Of a stretch of 64,000 nucleotides of DNA, positions 1-11,829 are shown one piece after another. A model generated the notes under the pieces. That model was given only the letters and a program-made list of their open reading frames with translations. It was not told the DNA's origin and made no database searches. The translations under genes and the position numbers were made by a program. Origin of the DNA: Lytechinus pictus (Eukaryota); contig NC_087259.1 of the NCBI RefSeq assembly GCF_037042905.1, forward strand, positions 2,294,001 through 2,358,000. The letters are read 5' to 3'. Position 1 is the stretch's first letter. Each line of letters starts with the position of its first letter.

Positions 1-21
1 AGAACAGGCTTCTACATCCGG
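1..21 (+). CDS. ANAPC2: ANAPC2 exon, partial at window edge (..NRLLHP-G)
   Basis: Translates (E)NRLLHP(G), matching the APC2 'RLLHPG' motif; GTAAG donor at 22; phase 1 joins 805. Confidence 0.85.
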
Positions 22-804
22 GTAAGAAAGCTCCCATGTAACAAAAATGTTCTGCAGTAAGAAATCCCTTTTAGGCCTTATTTTGTGATATTTTTAGGGT
101 GAGATCATTTAATATTTGGCATATTTCTTTATAACAAGGCAAATGTAAAACAAAATAACATTTTAAAGGGGGAATGAACTGTGTGTGGTCTCTCATTGAC
201 TGTGTATTATAAAAACAGATATCTAAATACTACAGAGAATAAACTGACCTATAATTGTATTTGTATAGAGAAACTAAAATGTTTTGAGAGGAAAAGTAAT
301 TGTTTTGCTACATGTACTTGATAACATAATTATTGCAGTATAAATGTATTGAGTAGTAAACTAGCATGTTATCATTCAAGTGGGTCTATATTACTAGACT
401 ACACTAGCATTATGGGTCAGGAAACTGGCCAGGTATGTGTAGTTGAGGACTCGAGATGGCGCTATCTATTTTAAGAGGGCTCAACAAATCTCCAAGGTCA
501 ATAAGAGGGATATCATGGGCAGTCCATGGACTTAGATTGATTTAAGCTCTGCCTTACTAAAGAATTCCTGAATCAAGGATTGCTTTGAATGATCTCATTC
601 ATGAGCTTATATTAAGTTGTGGGTGTGCAGAACAAACCCCACTACACCAGGGATTCTTCTGCACATCCACAACCTCAATTACATCAGGAGGAGAGACCCA
701 CAGGTCGCAGTGATACATTTGCCTTTGCCTCTCAGGAACAGTTGGTGCCAAACAAAATTATAAGATATATTTTTTTACTGTTTCTTTCACTCATTTTCAT
801 GTAG

Positions 805-922
805 GTGTGAACACAACTGATATCTTAACCCAGTACATATCATCCATAAGAGCATTGCGAGTGCTTGATCCCTCCGGCATCGTTCTGGAACTTGTGTGTG
901 AACCCATACGCAAGTACCTCAG
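805..922 (+). CDS. ANAPC2: ANAPC2 exon (GVNTTDILTQYISSIRALRVLDPSGIVLELVCEPIRKYLR)
   Basis: AG acceptor 803-804, GT donor 923; close match to human APC2 GVNTCDIITLYISAIKALRVLDPS..CEPIRRYLR. Confidence 0.95.
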
Positions 923-1291
923 GTATGACATACATTGCTCAAGTTTCATTGTTACCTTTTGAAAAGGAAATTCCACCCAAACAAAGAGTTAATTTAGATA
1001 AAGAGGGATAATTTAGCAACCATAAAGATGACATTGTCATTAGGATTGGATGTATATTTATTGTGGTGTTGGTAATATGGTGATGTGTTTGGCATACATG
1101 TATATATCTTGTTTGCTAGTTGATTTATCCATTTTCTTCCAGTGTATCTGACTTGTGTTATATACCCATTGATCTTTTTAAAAATAATTCTTCTCTAAAA
1201 ATTATAAATCATGTCCAACACATTGAAATTACATCCAGAGTGATTTGCAACGGAATAGATCATAATTTTTTTACTCTCTAAAAAATGACAG

Positions 1292-1467
1292 GACACGAGA
1301 GGACACAGTGAGATGTATCGTGTCCAGTCTGACGGATGATAGCTCTAATGAGTTGGCAGACGAACTGGTTAAAGCTCAGCCGGTCAATGTAGAAGATGGA
1401 GCTTCAACAGGGACAGAGGAAGCTAATCCTTATGACTGGCAACCAGATCCCATTGATGCTGACCCAA
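1292..1467 (+). CDS. ANAPC2: ANAPC2 exon (TREDTVRCIVSSLTDD..DWQPDPIDADP)
   Basis: AG/GT flanks; TREDTVR and W.PDP.DADP motifs; phases consistent. Confidence 0.95.
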
Positions 1468-1872
1468 GTAAGTATGTTTGACATTCCTTTACATTCCATC
1501 TTGATGTCATATCGAATCACGAAAAATGCAAAAAAAAATGGGAAATAGATTTTAATGGTGGCTTGGTAAAGCATGTCTTTAGTTTTGGTAAAGTGTCAGT
1601 AATGTGAACTGTATTCAAGTATCATTAAACATTACAATATTACAGAAGCGTAGTAGTCATTGAATGCATTTTTTACCCATTAAATAAGGCATTTTTATCC
1701 GGCCATTGGGATTTAAACTTTAATCTAACACACTCTCTTGGTAATGTTATAAATTTGAGCACATATTTTACATATTTAGTAATTGGATGTTAGAAAGCTT
1801 CTGAACAAAGATTATATCCTGAAATTTTCAGCCCATTCTATGCTTGAGAAAATAAGCAACACAAAATTACAC

Positions 1873-2214
1873 CAGGATTCCCACAGTCATGGAAAATCCT
1901 GGAAAAATTTGTGGTCATGGAAAGTCAGGGGAAAATCAGGGAATTTAGAAAATTTGTGAAAAGTCATGGGAAGGGGATTTTGGTCATTACATGGAAAAGT
2001 CATGGAATTGCATTTACCTTTTGGCTATGGCAGCTTTCTAGTTTGTCATGTCTCGCAACTCTTATACTCTGCTATTATAATTGATGGTCATGAGGGGAGA
2101 TAGGGTGGAGGCTATCCTAACGTGTCTGATTTTGGAAACCGTGCCAGAAAGGAAGTCATGGAAAGCAGCAATTTAGTCATGGAATTCTGTTTGCAAATTT
2201 CAGTGGGAACCTTG
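1873..2214. mobile_element. MITE with CAGGRTTCCCAC-type TIRs and internal GTCATGGAA repeats
   Basis: TIRs CAGGATTCCCAC / GTGGGAACCTTG; 6-bp direct repeat TTACAC on both flanks. Confidence 0.75.
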
Positions 2215-2481
2215 TTACACAGATATTCTATTTTGATATGGCATGTGATTGAATTAAAATCTGGTGTAAACTTGGTAAATTTATCCGATAAAAGAAATAT
2301 TTAGATTATATCCTCCACAACCGTGTTTGGGAACATGCTTATAATCTGGTATGAAATGGAATGGTGACATGCACTTTTGTGAGGATTTACCAATGATAAA
2401 GATAGGCTTCAACTCCATTGTTGGCAACTTAGACATTTTGCCCATTCTGATGGATTTGAGGGGCAGATTGAGACATAGTGT

Positions 2482-2658
2482 CTGGGGGGGGGGGGCATTT
2501 CATCAACATTTTTGTCCGACAAGTTATCAGGTCTGACAACTTTCCTTGATTATGATTGGCCGAGAGGCAGAGAGGCACTGTTACCATAGTAAATTTGGGA
2601 TAGAATAGGACTTGTCGGATAAAATGTCTGACAAGTCCTTTCATGAAACGCTCCCCAG
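2482..2658. mobile_element. Harbinger-like MITE (GGGGAGCRTTTCAT TIR family)
   Basis: TIRs GGGGCATTTCAT / ATGAAACGCTCCCC; related copies near 4300, 11513, 25353, 30193, 36815, 38065. Confidence 0.7.
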
Positions 2659-2731
2659 AAATAAATATGGAAATTTGCGATTTATAGATATTATGTAGTG
2701 TAATAAATGTGGTTTTAATATTTCTATCAAG

Positions 2732-2969
2732 GTCAAACATCCAAAAGCAGAAGAACGTCGGACATAATCAGCACGTTGGTCAACATCTATGGGAGCCGTG
2801 AGCTATTTGTCAATGAGTATCGCAACCTGCTCGCTGATCGTATCCTCTCGAGCTTCAGCTACGATACGGCGAGGGAGCTACGTAACCTGGAGCTTTTAAA
2901 GCTCCGATTTGGCGAGTCACAGCTCCACCAGTGTGAGGTTATGCTGAAAGATGTGGCCGACTCTAAGAG
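2732..2969 (+). CDS. ANAPC2: ANAPC2 exon, cullin homology domain (DIISTLVNIYGSRELFVNEYRNLLADR..CEVMLKDVADSKR)
   Basis: ORF track 2776..2973; AG 2730-31, GT 2970; APC2 cullin signature. Confidence 0.97.
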
Positions 2970-4008
2970 GTGAATATTTTCAAGAAGGTAGTTTTTTAGC
3001 GTTGAATCTTGCACCATGTTGCCATTTATGATATTACAAATGTTATTTTCAGTAACTTCATTCCATAATAATGATAATCAGTTAGTTATGAGGCACTTAA
3101 GACGTACACAGTGTATAATTTTTTTCAGATTAATATGACAACAGTCATCGGATTCAATCAGTCATATAACCCTTTATTTTCAGTACTTTCATTACATAAA
3201 AATAAAAATGTAATGAAATTCAAAATGCTAAGGTTGCCTTCAGTTTGTAAGGTAACGTTCAGTTTATTACTTCTAGGCATTACAAGAAACTTTAATGTTC
3301 AATTACAAGTCATGGGTATGTCCCAAAATAAAGCATAATGGGGCGTTGCAACAAAGCGGAGTTGCAATTGAACACAAATCAACTGCAAATTTGTGTCAAA
3401 TCAAAGGACTACTTTCCTGCAACACGCCATATTGGGTATTTCTTCAATACGCATTCTAAATATGGATAGATTTACCAGTATCAAAACTGTAGTTATGAAG
3501 GAAAATGCAAGGAAACACATTGTCAACACCAGAAAGAAAATTATTCATATTATCCCATAAAACTACAGGTAATTCTGTTCCATTACATTTCCTCCAGCAA
3601 GTTAATCAGCTATAAATTCCTCTCACTAATCGAACGACAAACTTCAAGCCAGGATTTTAACACTATACCCTACCTTAACCTACACCCTATCACAGTGCTA
3701 ACCCTAACCATACATCTCAGATGAAATAAAGCCTGTAGCAATTTTCACTGGTGCAAATGTTGTGTCACCGATGATATGTTATGCAAAGACTAGACTTAAT
3801 AGTGGAAGCCATTTCTGACATGAAATTTGTCACCTTTCCATTCCATGTCATTTATTTAGTCATTGCTGGTGACAGCTTGACAGTTCCACATAGACTTTGT
3901 ACACAAAGCAAGCACTCACGCAGGAAAGGAGGTGGCAAATTTCATGATAGGGCCATCATTTCTCAATTTCGCCTATGGATTAAACTTGATCTGTATCCAT
4001 TTCTATAG

Positions 4009-4279
4009 GTGCAATGCCCATGTTTTGAGCGAGAAGGAGAAGAGAAGGAAAGAGGAGGAGAAAAGGAAGGAGCAGGAGGAGAAGAGAGCAGCAGAAGAAG
4101 GAGCCGAAGTGGATGAAGAAGGAGGAGCCGTTAGGTTAGGAGCTGTTGCAGGAGGTGCGGTTGAGAGAGATAAAGAGAAGGAGGAGAACGGTGGAGAACA
4201 ATCAGAGGATGCGGTCGATGGAGGAGAGGATAAGGAGAACGAAGAAGTTAGTGCTCCAACTCTGCCTAGTCCTGACGAG
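4009..4279 (+). CDS. ANAPC2: ANAPC2 exon encoding an expanded Glu/Lys/Gly-rich loop
   Basis: TAG acceptor 4007-08, GTAAG donor 4280; phase 2 in, phase 0 out, fitting both neighbours; begins RCNAHV (human RINANI). Confidence 0.85.
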
Positions 4280-4533
4280 GTAAGGATCTACATGTAGGAA
4301 GCATTTCATGAAACAAATAGTTGGTGGTTTTCACTGACTATATGTTATAAGCTACTGAAATCCTTGCATCTGATTGGCTCAGAACCAAACTGTCTGTGAA
4401 AATCACTGACAGTTTGTTTCGTGAAATGCTCTGAGTTCATGAAAAGAAGTCTTAATTATATTTTATTTTCATGAGGCTGGCCATTGCATGTGTACATTAA
4501 AAGGATCCAGTAGCTTTAGAGAGGCCCTATGTA

Positions 4534-5591
4534 CCGTAAGTAACGGTGTATTAACCGCACCTTTTTCTCGGCGGGATATAAGCAAAAGTCGGGGGTGCGG
4601 TTTATCCACGGTGACGGGTCTGAGCCCGCCCGCGTAACCCCTCCCGAACATGTAAGAAGTCTGCCAGTTCACAACACATCGAGTGGCCGGGCGTAGCCGC
4701 CCAGGGCAATGTCGTTTAGAGGGGTATGAGCCGCGGGTAATGGGAAGCGATTATTACGATCTTAATCAAATAGTGTCCATAACAAATGCACCCACCTTCA
4801 TGACACTAATTTCGACTTTATTCTCGATTCAAAGCAGCGAAGTTCCCTGGCTAAGTTCAAAGAGACGCCAAGCATTCTCGGTAATAATTTGTCACAGCTG
4901 AGCAAGAGCCGAGAGCTAGCTTGCGTTGTATTGTGGTTTTAGTGCGACTTAAGCTGGCGCTATTCATTTTTACCCCTCAAAGTCCCGTTTCGCGCCAGCT
5001 TATTTTTTTCTTTCCTGTTTGCTTTTCATAAGATACTATGTACACCGTGCACCACGTATGAGAGAGACGGCACGAAGCCGTAAAACAAGTGGAAAAAATG
5101 CCAATTTCTTTGATTCTTGAACCTTCCTGTAATCCCATATCCAAAATTCATGCTAAGCCATCGAATGCTAGACAAATTCTGAAAGTGATTGTGAGGTTGT
5201 GATGCAAGAAATGTGAAAGACACAGTTCACAATTTGATAAGATGTACTGGTAGTGCCCGTGGTAGTGGTACCGTATCGAAGTTTGCAATGTACATGTCCA
5301 AGAACGGCAGTGCTGTGTGTGTGTACACTGTGAGGTGAGTGAGTGTGTAAGTGGCCAATATTGTCGGGACCTTTCTTTCTTGCTAACATTTGTAGATGAA
5401 TTGATCAAGAACAGCAGATTTCCGCATACCGGTAATCTCTTTGAATACTTTGAAATCTTTAACTTAGTTTTTGTTTCTTCGTACCTCAAATATGCATGTA
5501 AATGTGAGAAGGATTTTTTTTTTTTTTTTTTTAGTCCAAAGTTGGGGGTGCGGTTAATACACGGGTGCGGTTAATACACCGTTACTTACGG
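4534..5591. mobile_element. Tc1/mariner (Tc2/pogo-like) non-autonomous element, 1058 bp
   Basis: Perfect 28-bp TIRs CCGTAAGTAACGGTGTATTAACCGCACC; TA on both sides. Confidence 0.88.
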
Positions 5592-7027
5592 TACTAAATT
5601 GATGAGCTCTGATGTTTCTGTTGTTTAATGTTATACAGAAGAATGACTAAACAGCTAGGAATATTTGACGTTTTTAAAGGATTTTATTTTCAAATGAAAT
5701 ACATACTTTGGGGTAAATGTACATGTATAGTGTTACTCTGAAAAGGTGAATTTAGACATTGCGTTGGATGTTGATTGTACGAATTATGAAGGCTAGTGAA
5801 GTGAACTCCTGAGCCCTGTTACACAAAACCGTTGATCATAGGGTTTAACCCTTGGATCAACATGATCCTAAAATCCAGAGAAAAATCAGATAAACAGATC
5901 AATGAAAGTTTTAGAAAGACTGATTTCAAGAATAATATCAAAGTTACAAGCATTTGGATATTGAGATCTCTATGCTATGCAGGTCGTCCCTGGAAAAAAA
6001 AACTTCCAAGATCTGTGATGTCTTACATTAACAACTTTACTATTATTTTCATACATTTTCAATAAAATTTTCTTGTCTATCGCGAGATCACATTTTATTT
6101 TCATAAGAGGACATGTAATACAGGTTTCCCAACACTATGTCATAGATGAAATGTTTGTCCTATCTCTAGAATGAGCAAAAAATATATGTTTTGGGGTATA
6201 GTTTCAGTGTACATACATGTAGGAGAGAGTTGTACATGTGGTAGGACATCACAGATCTTGTTTTCATTGCCAATGGAAGGACCTCCATAGCACTAGTGTT
6301 CCTTGCATTCAAACGCTCATAGCTTTCTTTTTTGTCAAATTTTACTCAGATTCTTATTCTTTCATTATTGTGTTTCAAAAAAAGCTAGCTCATTCCACAC
6401 GTTTGTTTCTTCTTTAAAGATGATTTCTGTGGTGGATTGATTGAGAGCTTTGTTTTGAATCGTGTTACATGAACTGATAGTATATATCAAGCCCTCAGAC
6501 ATTTACATGTCCTGTTATAGTTGCCAATTTTCATCATGATTATGGGTTCAGGGGTCATGACCTCACAAATTCAAAATAGGCCAGTAATCCCAGGGTGTAG
6601 GCCTATTACTGTAAGGGTTAAGTGTTTTCAACCTAAAATATTGCACTAATTTTTATGTATTGTATGAGAATGATTTTGGGTGTTCTTTATGTGTATTGGT
6701 ATATAAAATATTTTACATTGATATCATTGTTGTCTTGGATGTGCAATAGTTGTTAGCTCACCCAGCTTACTGCTGACCAAAATGATATACTGCTTACCAA
6801 TATGATCTAACCATTCTATCAAAGAAGATACAGGAATCCTTCACAATTCAACACTAAAAATCCTGTTATTCACACAAGCTTCCTTATAAATGTAACTCTT
6901 ACCCCTCTTTAATGTGTTTCCATTTCCTTTCTTTTCTTTTGTGCTATGAGGCGCATTACAAATGTCCATATTAATTTTTTGTTATTATTAGTATCAATCT
7001 AATATGGTGATAATTTTTCTCTTTTAG

Positions 7028-7144
7028 ATGGATTTCAACACCATGATTCTGTCTGCTCAATTTTGGCCAAATTTGAAAGAAGAAAAGCTTGAAGTTCCTC
7101 AAGAAATAAAACAGTGGATGGAAACATACACTAAGTCATATGAG
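7028..7144 (+). CDS. ANAPC2: ANAPC2 exon (MDFNTMILSAQFWPNLKEEKLEVPQEIKQWMETYTKSYE)
   Basis: Polypyrimidine-AG acceptor, GTAAT donor; ILS..FWP..K.EKLEVP motif. Confidence 0.95.
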
Positions 7145-7274
7145 GTAATAACAACATAATTTTCTGTACAGACTTACAGGATATTGCAAGAAACTTGTAA
7201 TCAGTTGCAAATCTATTTGGGGTCTCCGAAATTGTGTCTTCACAATTAATTGCTGATCTGCTTTTTGTAACCAG

Positions 7275-7545
7275 GGCCCCGTCTTATAAAGAGTTATGAT
7301 TGATCCAATCAATCGCAATTATGGACGGCCAGCAACGTCAACATCTATTATGCATGTTTGTTCAAAATATTTGCTAGCTATGATGTATATTCATGCATTC
7401 ATTGTTTTCTTAAAAATTTACTGCGCTCTTCTTTGCATACAAAGGACATTGTGCAAATTTTTCGTAGGAAAAAATTATAACACTGATGGATTTCCATAGA
7501 GTTAAGGTTGATTGGATCAATCGTAACTCTTTGTAAGACGGGGCC
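7275..7545. mobile_element. Harbinger-like MITE (GGCCCCGTCTT TIR), nested in an older repeat
   Basis: About 38-bp TIRs, CAG target duplication; second copy at 35573..35834. Confidence 0.82.
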
Positions 7546-7970
7546 CAGGAGTGCTAACTGATTTTATACTAATATAATTGATCTTTCATTGCTAAAATTG
7601 CAACAACAAATCTTTGTACTATTGTTTTTTTTTCTCCATAATGAATTTCAATCATTATCAGCACATATTGTAGTTTTTATATTTTGTATTGTGAAAAAGC
7701 GAGAAAAAAATGAAATTAAAAAAGATCACTGTGTGTTGTGACAGTTAATAATGAAAAGATAAAGGAAAGTATTTGATACAAAAAACAATAGAGCTTAATG
7801 TGAGAGCAAGTAGAAAAAATTATCTCTAATATTTAAAGTTTAAAAAAAAATACATTTCATTTTGACATTGTTGTATGCACAGTATTGACAACCCTCCAGA
7901 ATAGCTTGTAATTTTCATGAGGTACATGTATTTGATGTCATCCATTGAAGTTACCGTGCTGTGATTACAG

Positions 7971-8109
7971 GTTCTGAAGGGAATGAGAACATTGAACTGG
8001 AAGACTAATCTTGGCCAAGTAACCCTTGACATTGAGCTGAGAGATAGGACAGTGACCCTGACTGTATCTCCAATACAGGCCACTATTATTATGCACTTTC
8101 AAGATAAAG
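7971..8109 (+). CDS. ANAPC2: ANAPC2 exon (VLKGMRTLNWKTNLGQVTLDIELRDRTVTLTVSPIQATIIMHFQDK)
   Basis: CAG acceptor; GT donor 8110 just before the N-run; cullin 'R.L.W...LG.V' motif. Confidence 0.95.
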
Positions 8110-8111
8110 GT

Positions 8112-8498
8112 NNNNNNNNNNNNNNNNNNNNNNNNNNNNNNNNNNNNNNNNNNNNNNNNNNNNNNNNNNNNNNNNNNNNNNNNNNNNNNNNNNNNNNNNN
8201 NNNNNNNNNNNNNNNNNNNNNNNNNNNNNNNNNNNNNNNNNNNNNNNNNNNNNNNNNNNNNNNNNNNNNNNNNNNNNNNNNNNNNNNNNNNNNNNNNNNN
8301 NNNNNNNNNNNNNNNNNNNNNNNNNNNNNNNNNNNNNNNNNNNNNNNNNNNNNNNNNNNNNNNNNNNNNNNNNNNNNNNNNNNNNNNNNNNNNNNNNNNN
8401 NNNNNNNNNNNNNNNNNNNNNNNNNNNNNNNNNNNNNNNNNNNNNNNNNNNNNNNNNNNNNNNNNNNNNNNNNNNNNNNNNNNNNNNNNNNNNNNNNA
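8112..8498. other. N-run (gap or masked simple repeat) next to (ATGG)n
   Basis: 387 N followed by degenerate ATGG repeats. Confidence 0.95.
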
Positions 8499-8725
8499 AT
8501 GGATGGAAAGATCGATTGGTGGTTGGATGATTGGATGAATGGAAGGATGGGAGAATGGATGATTAATGGATTATGATAGATGAATAGATTGAGAGGTAGG
8601 TAGATACATGTAGTTACATAGACAAGTAGGTACATACATTTTAGTATGTAGGTACTAGTCCCAGAGAAAGATTCTTAGGGTTAATTATTCAAAAAATAGC
8701 AGAAATGTTTGTTTATCTTCTTTAG

Positions 8726-8964
8726 AGAGATGGACCATCCAGGAACTCAGTGAGAAAATGCAGGTGCCTGGGGGCGCTGTTCGTCGAAAGATAGCCTATT
8801 GGCAGAGCCAAGGTCTCCTGAAAGAGGAGTCACATGACACCTTTGTTTTGGTTGAAGAAAAAGAAGGCGCCGTCCACAATCAGGAGATGGTGATGATTGA
8901 TAGCGATGAGGAGGCGGAGTCTGCGACTGCATCAGTTGAAGACCAGAAGGAGGAGAATCTGCAG
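8726..8964 (+). CDS. ANAPC2: ANAPC2 exon (ERWTIQELSEKMQVP..IDSDEEAESATASVEDQKEENLQ)
   Basis: AG/GT flanks; matches human WTLEELSK..IDSDDESDS..DQKEEEL. Confidence 0.95.
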
Positions 8965-9504
8965 GTATTGGTACTCCCCTTGCTCCATCCTTTCCTAAAA
9001 TGGATGCCAATAAGTCTCCTTACGATGATGATGAATAGCATGTAGTGATAATAATACTGATAACGTTATTGATTTAGTTTGAGTCATTAGTGTTTTTATT
9101 TTGACCAGTGCTTACCTTAATGATTTTTCAGTGGGGACTAAGGGCATGTTTAAAAAATTTGGTATCACCAAATACTTTGAAAATTAACCAAACAAAACTA
9201 AAATCCTTAAAAGAACTAAATTCTTATCTATTATATACTAAAACCATCACATGGTATTTCACTTTTAAACCTTTAGTCAACCAATTTGGATTATGAAATT
9301 AAGATACTTGAGCAGGATTTATGAAGTTTCTAATTTGATTTTGATTTGTTTGCAATTCCTAATTACTCTGCTGGGGTACTAAAAGCTTGAATTAATTGAA
9401 TTATAGTTTTCTGTTCATCTTTTAAGTGTAATTTCGTAAGTGTGAAGCGAAAATCGACGGTATGCTTGTAATGCCTGTTATTGCTATTCTCATTCCTATT
9501 GCAG

Positions 9505-9714
9505 ATGTACTGGTCTTTCATTACTGGTATGTTGATGAATCTGGAGAGCTTACCGTTGGAGCGAATCCATTCCATGCTGAAGATGTTTGCAATCCAGGGA
9601 CCTTCTGCGGCTGAATTCACAGAAAACGAGCTTCGACATCTCCTAGAGACCAAGGTCAGAGAACAACAGCTTGTTTATTCTGCAGGGACCTATCGACTTC
9701 CTCAACAAAGATAG
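9505..9714 (+). CDS. ANAPC2: ANAPC2 last coding exon, winged-helix B (WHB) domain, TAG stop
   Basis: MYWSFITGMLMNLESLPLERIHSMLKMF..KVREQQLVYSAGTYRLPQQR*, matching the human C-terminus. Confidence 0.97.
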   Translation: MYWSFITGMLMNLESLPLERIHSMLKMFAIQGPSAAEFTENELRHLLETKVREQQLVYSAGTYRLPQQR

Positions 9715-9947
9715 TACTAACTTCTGAAAGACTTTTAATATGTTTGCAATCCAGAGACCTTTTGCAGTGGCATTGGAGTTCACAAAAAACAAGCACTGGC
9801 AACTGCTTGACTCCAAGGTCTTGGAACCGCATCATGTTTGCTCTTTAAGGACCTGTTACCTCCCTCAGCAAATCTAGAACTAGTTTCTTCATGATTTTGA
9901 AGATATTTTGCACATCCAGGTTCCTTTCCATGACAACAGTGATCACT

Positions 9948-10241
9948 GGAGCGTTGTGGTCCAGTGGATTAGTCTGCTGACTTTGAAACAGAGGGTCGTG
10001 GGTTCGAATCCCAACCATGGCGTAATTTCCTTCGGCAAGAAATTTATCCACATTGTGCTGCACTCGACCCAGGTGAGGTGAATGTGTACCGGTAGGATTT
10101 ATTCCTTGAACGCTTTAGCGCCTATTAATATGGCGGCTTAGCTACAGCCGTGGTAATAATATGATACCAAGTAATTAAGCGCAGTTGAGTATATGCACAT
10201 CATAACTGCGCTATATAAATGGACATATTATTATTATTATT
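9948..10241 (+). mobile_element. tRNA-derived SINE, full length
   Basis: A-box TGGTCCAGTGG, B-box GGTTCGAATCC, central CACTCGACCCAGGTG..TACC domain (Meta/MESC-like), GCGCTATATAAAT..(TAT)n L2-like tail; partial second copy 10988..11140. Confidence 0.88.
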
Positions 10242-10392
10242 AAAAGCTCTCCAAGATCTTGTAGAGACCATTATCAGTGAATTATGGGACTTATGGCTTC
10301 TTTAACAAATGTAGAATCAATTGTTTTACACCATGTTTATGATCTAGAGTTCACAGAAATTAGCTTCTAAAGCCTCTAGATAAGGAGACCAG

Positions 10393-10545
10393 GGACCTGT
10401 AACAGAATGATTATGAAATCGCAAAATGAAATGGCCTATCAAGATCATCGTTGCATGCGCATTTTGCTCAGCAAACTGACTGGGAACCATTCAGAATTTT
10501 TCTTTCAGATTAGCAATTAGTCACTAACCTTTGTGTTACGTGACC
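10393..10545. mobile_element. Small Harbinger-like MITE
   Basis: Imperfect TIRs GGACCTGTAACA / TGTTACGTGACC; CAG on both flanks. Confidence 0.6.
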
Positions 10546-11398
10546 CAGGACCAGCGTACACTGTAGCAGAAATTATTTCTCTTCCTTGGACATACTGATC
10601 TCCACAACAAAGGCATAACTAGTTTCTGAAGATGTCATTTTTCTCGGTTACTTCCACTGGTGGAGATCATACACCTCTATGTGACCTGCACCCCAAAACC
10701 CACAATAAGTCATCAAAATTAATTTTGAGAGTTTGAGTAAAATCAAAAAAGCAGATCCTAAGCTTAAGGCTTATATTTTCATAGATAATGGATAGTAACC
10801 CGTAAAACTATTTGATTTACTGAAGAAGAATTTCAGTTAAGAGATTTAAAGAATCCAGAAAGATGTTTTGAAGTTTGGGTTTAATCTAGCATGACATGTG
10901 CACATTGTGCAATTTTCCAGCAGTCAGAAAGAAAAAAGGTATCAGAAAAACCCTTGTATCTCACTTATTGTCAATCTTTACAACTACACCATGGCGTGTT
11001 TTCCACATTGTGCTGCACTCAACCCAGGTGAGGCGGATGGGTACCTGGTAGGATTCCTTGAAACGCAGTGCACGTAATAGCCGCTCTGCTAAAGCAGAGT
11101 AATTATATTGCATTACTGTAGAGCGCTAAGAGACTTCTGATTAAGGAGAAAAAGAGGTATTCTTTCTGATTAGCTCATTTTTATAATTTTGATTATTAAA
11201 GACAAAATTACTTTTTTGGCTAATTCCAGATTAACCTTTCCCTGTGAGTTTTGAGTGTAGGGTAGGAAGTAAATTCTATCCTGCAAGCCATACAATGTGC
11301 TTCTTTGAGCTGAATGACTAATTTAAAGAATGTCACATTACTTGTTACCCACTTTGCAGCACCAGTGGTGCTTTTGTTATAACAATCTGTATATATTG

Positions 11399-11404
11399 AA
11401 TAAA
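11399..11404 (+). terminator. Candidate ANAPC2 polyadenylation signal AATAAA
   Basis: AATAAA followed by T/GT-rich sequence about 1.7 kb after the stop; usage unproven. Confidence 0.35.
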
Positions 11405-11512
11405 ATCATGCATATGAACTTAATAGATTAGCTTTGGTAACTCTTCTTTCTCTGTGGACTAAACTTCATTTTGATGATGGCCCGTATTCCAAACTCGAGT
11501 TTAACTTAAACT

Positions 11513-11829
11513 CTGGGGAGTGTTTCATGAAAGGAGTTATTGGACGTTTTATCCTACAATTTATCTGACAGTTACCATAGTAACAGTGCTTCTCAGCCAA
11601 TCAAATTTGAGGAAAGTTGTCAGATTTGACAACTTGTCGGTCAAAAATGTTGATGGAATGCTCCCCTGGGGAGTGTTTCATCAACATTTTCATCCGACAA
11701 GTTGTCAGATCTGACATCTTTCTCTGATGTTGATTGGCTGAGAGGTACTGTTACTATGGTAACTGTCGGACAAAATGGGACTTGTCGGATAAAACGTCCG
11801 ACAAGTCCTTTCATGAAACGCCCCCCTGG
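11513..11829. mobile_element. Two abutting inverted copies of the same MITE, nested in an older GGCC-ended element (11479..12099)
   Basis: 11513..11666 is the reverse-complement homologue of 11667..11829; CTG junctions. Confidence 0.8.

Larger units (their letters stand above)
9740..10636 (+). pseudogene. Tandem degenerate copies of the ANAPC2 terminal coding segment
   Basis: Copy 2 (9740..9877) is an open frame paralogous to 9583..9714; copies 3-4 are more decayed and interrupted by a SINE and a MITE. Confidence 0.75.

Noticed and set aside
8099-8635. Long ORFs spanning N-runs (also near 17850 and 22289)
   Set aside because: Artefacts of undetermined bases
9712-9877. Stop-codon read-through from ANAPC2 into duplicated copy 2
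   Set aside because: The 25-nt spacer puts copy 2 out of frame, and no convincing splice acceptor precedes it
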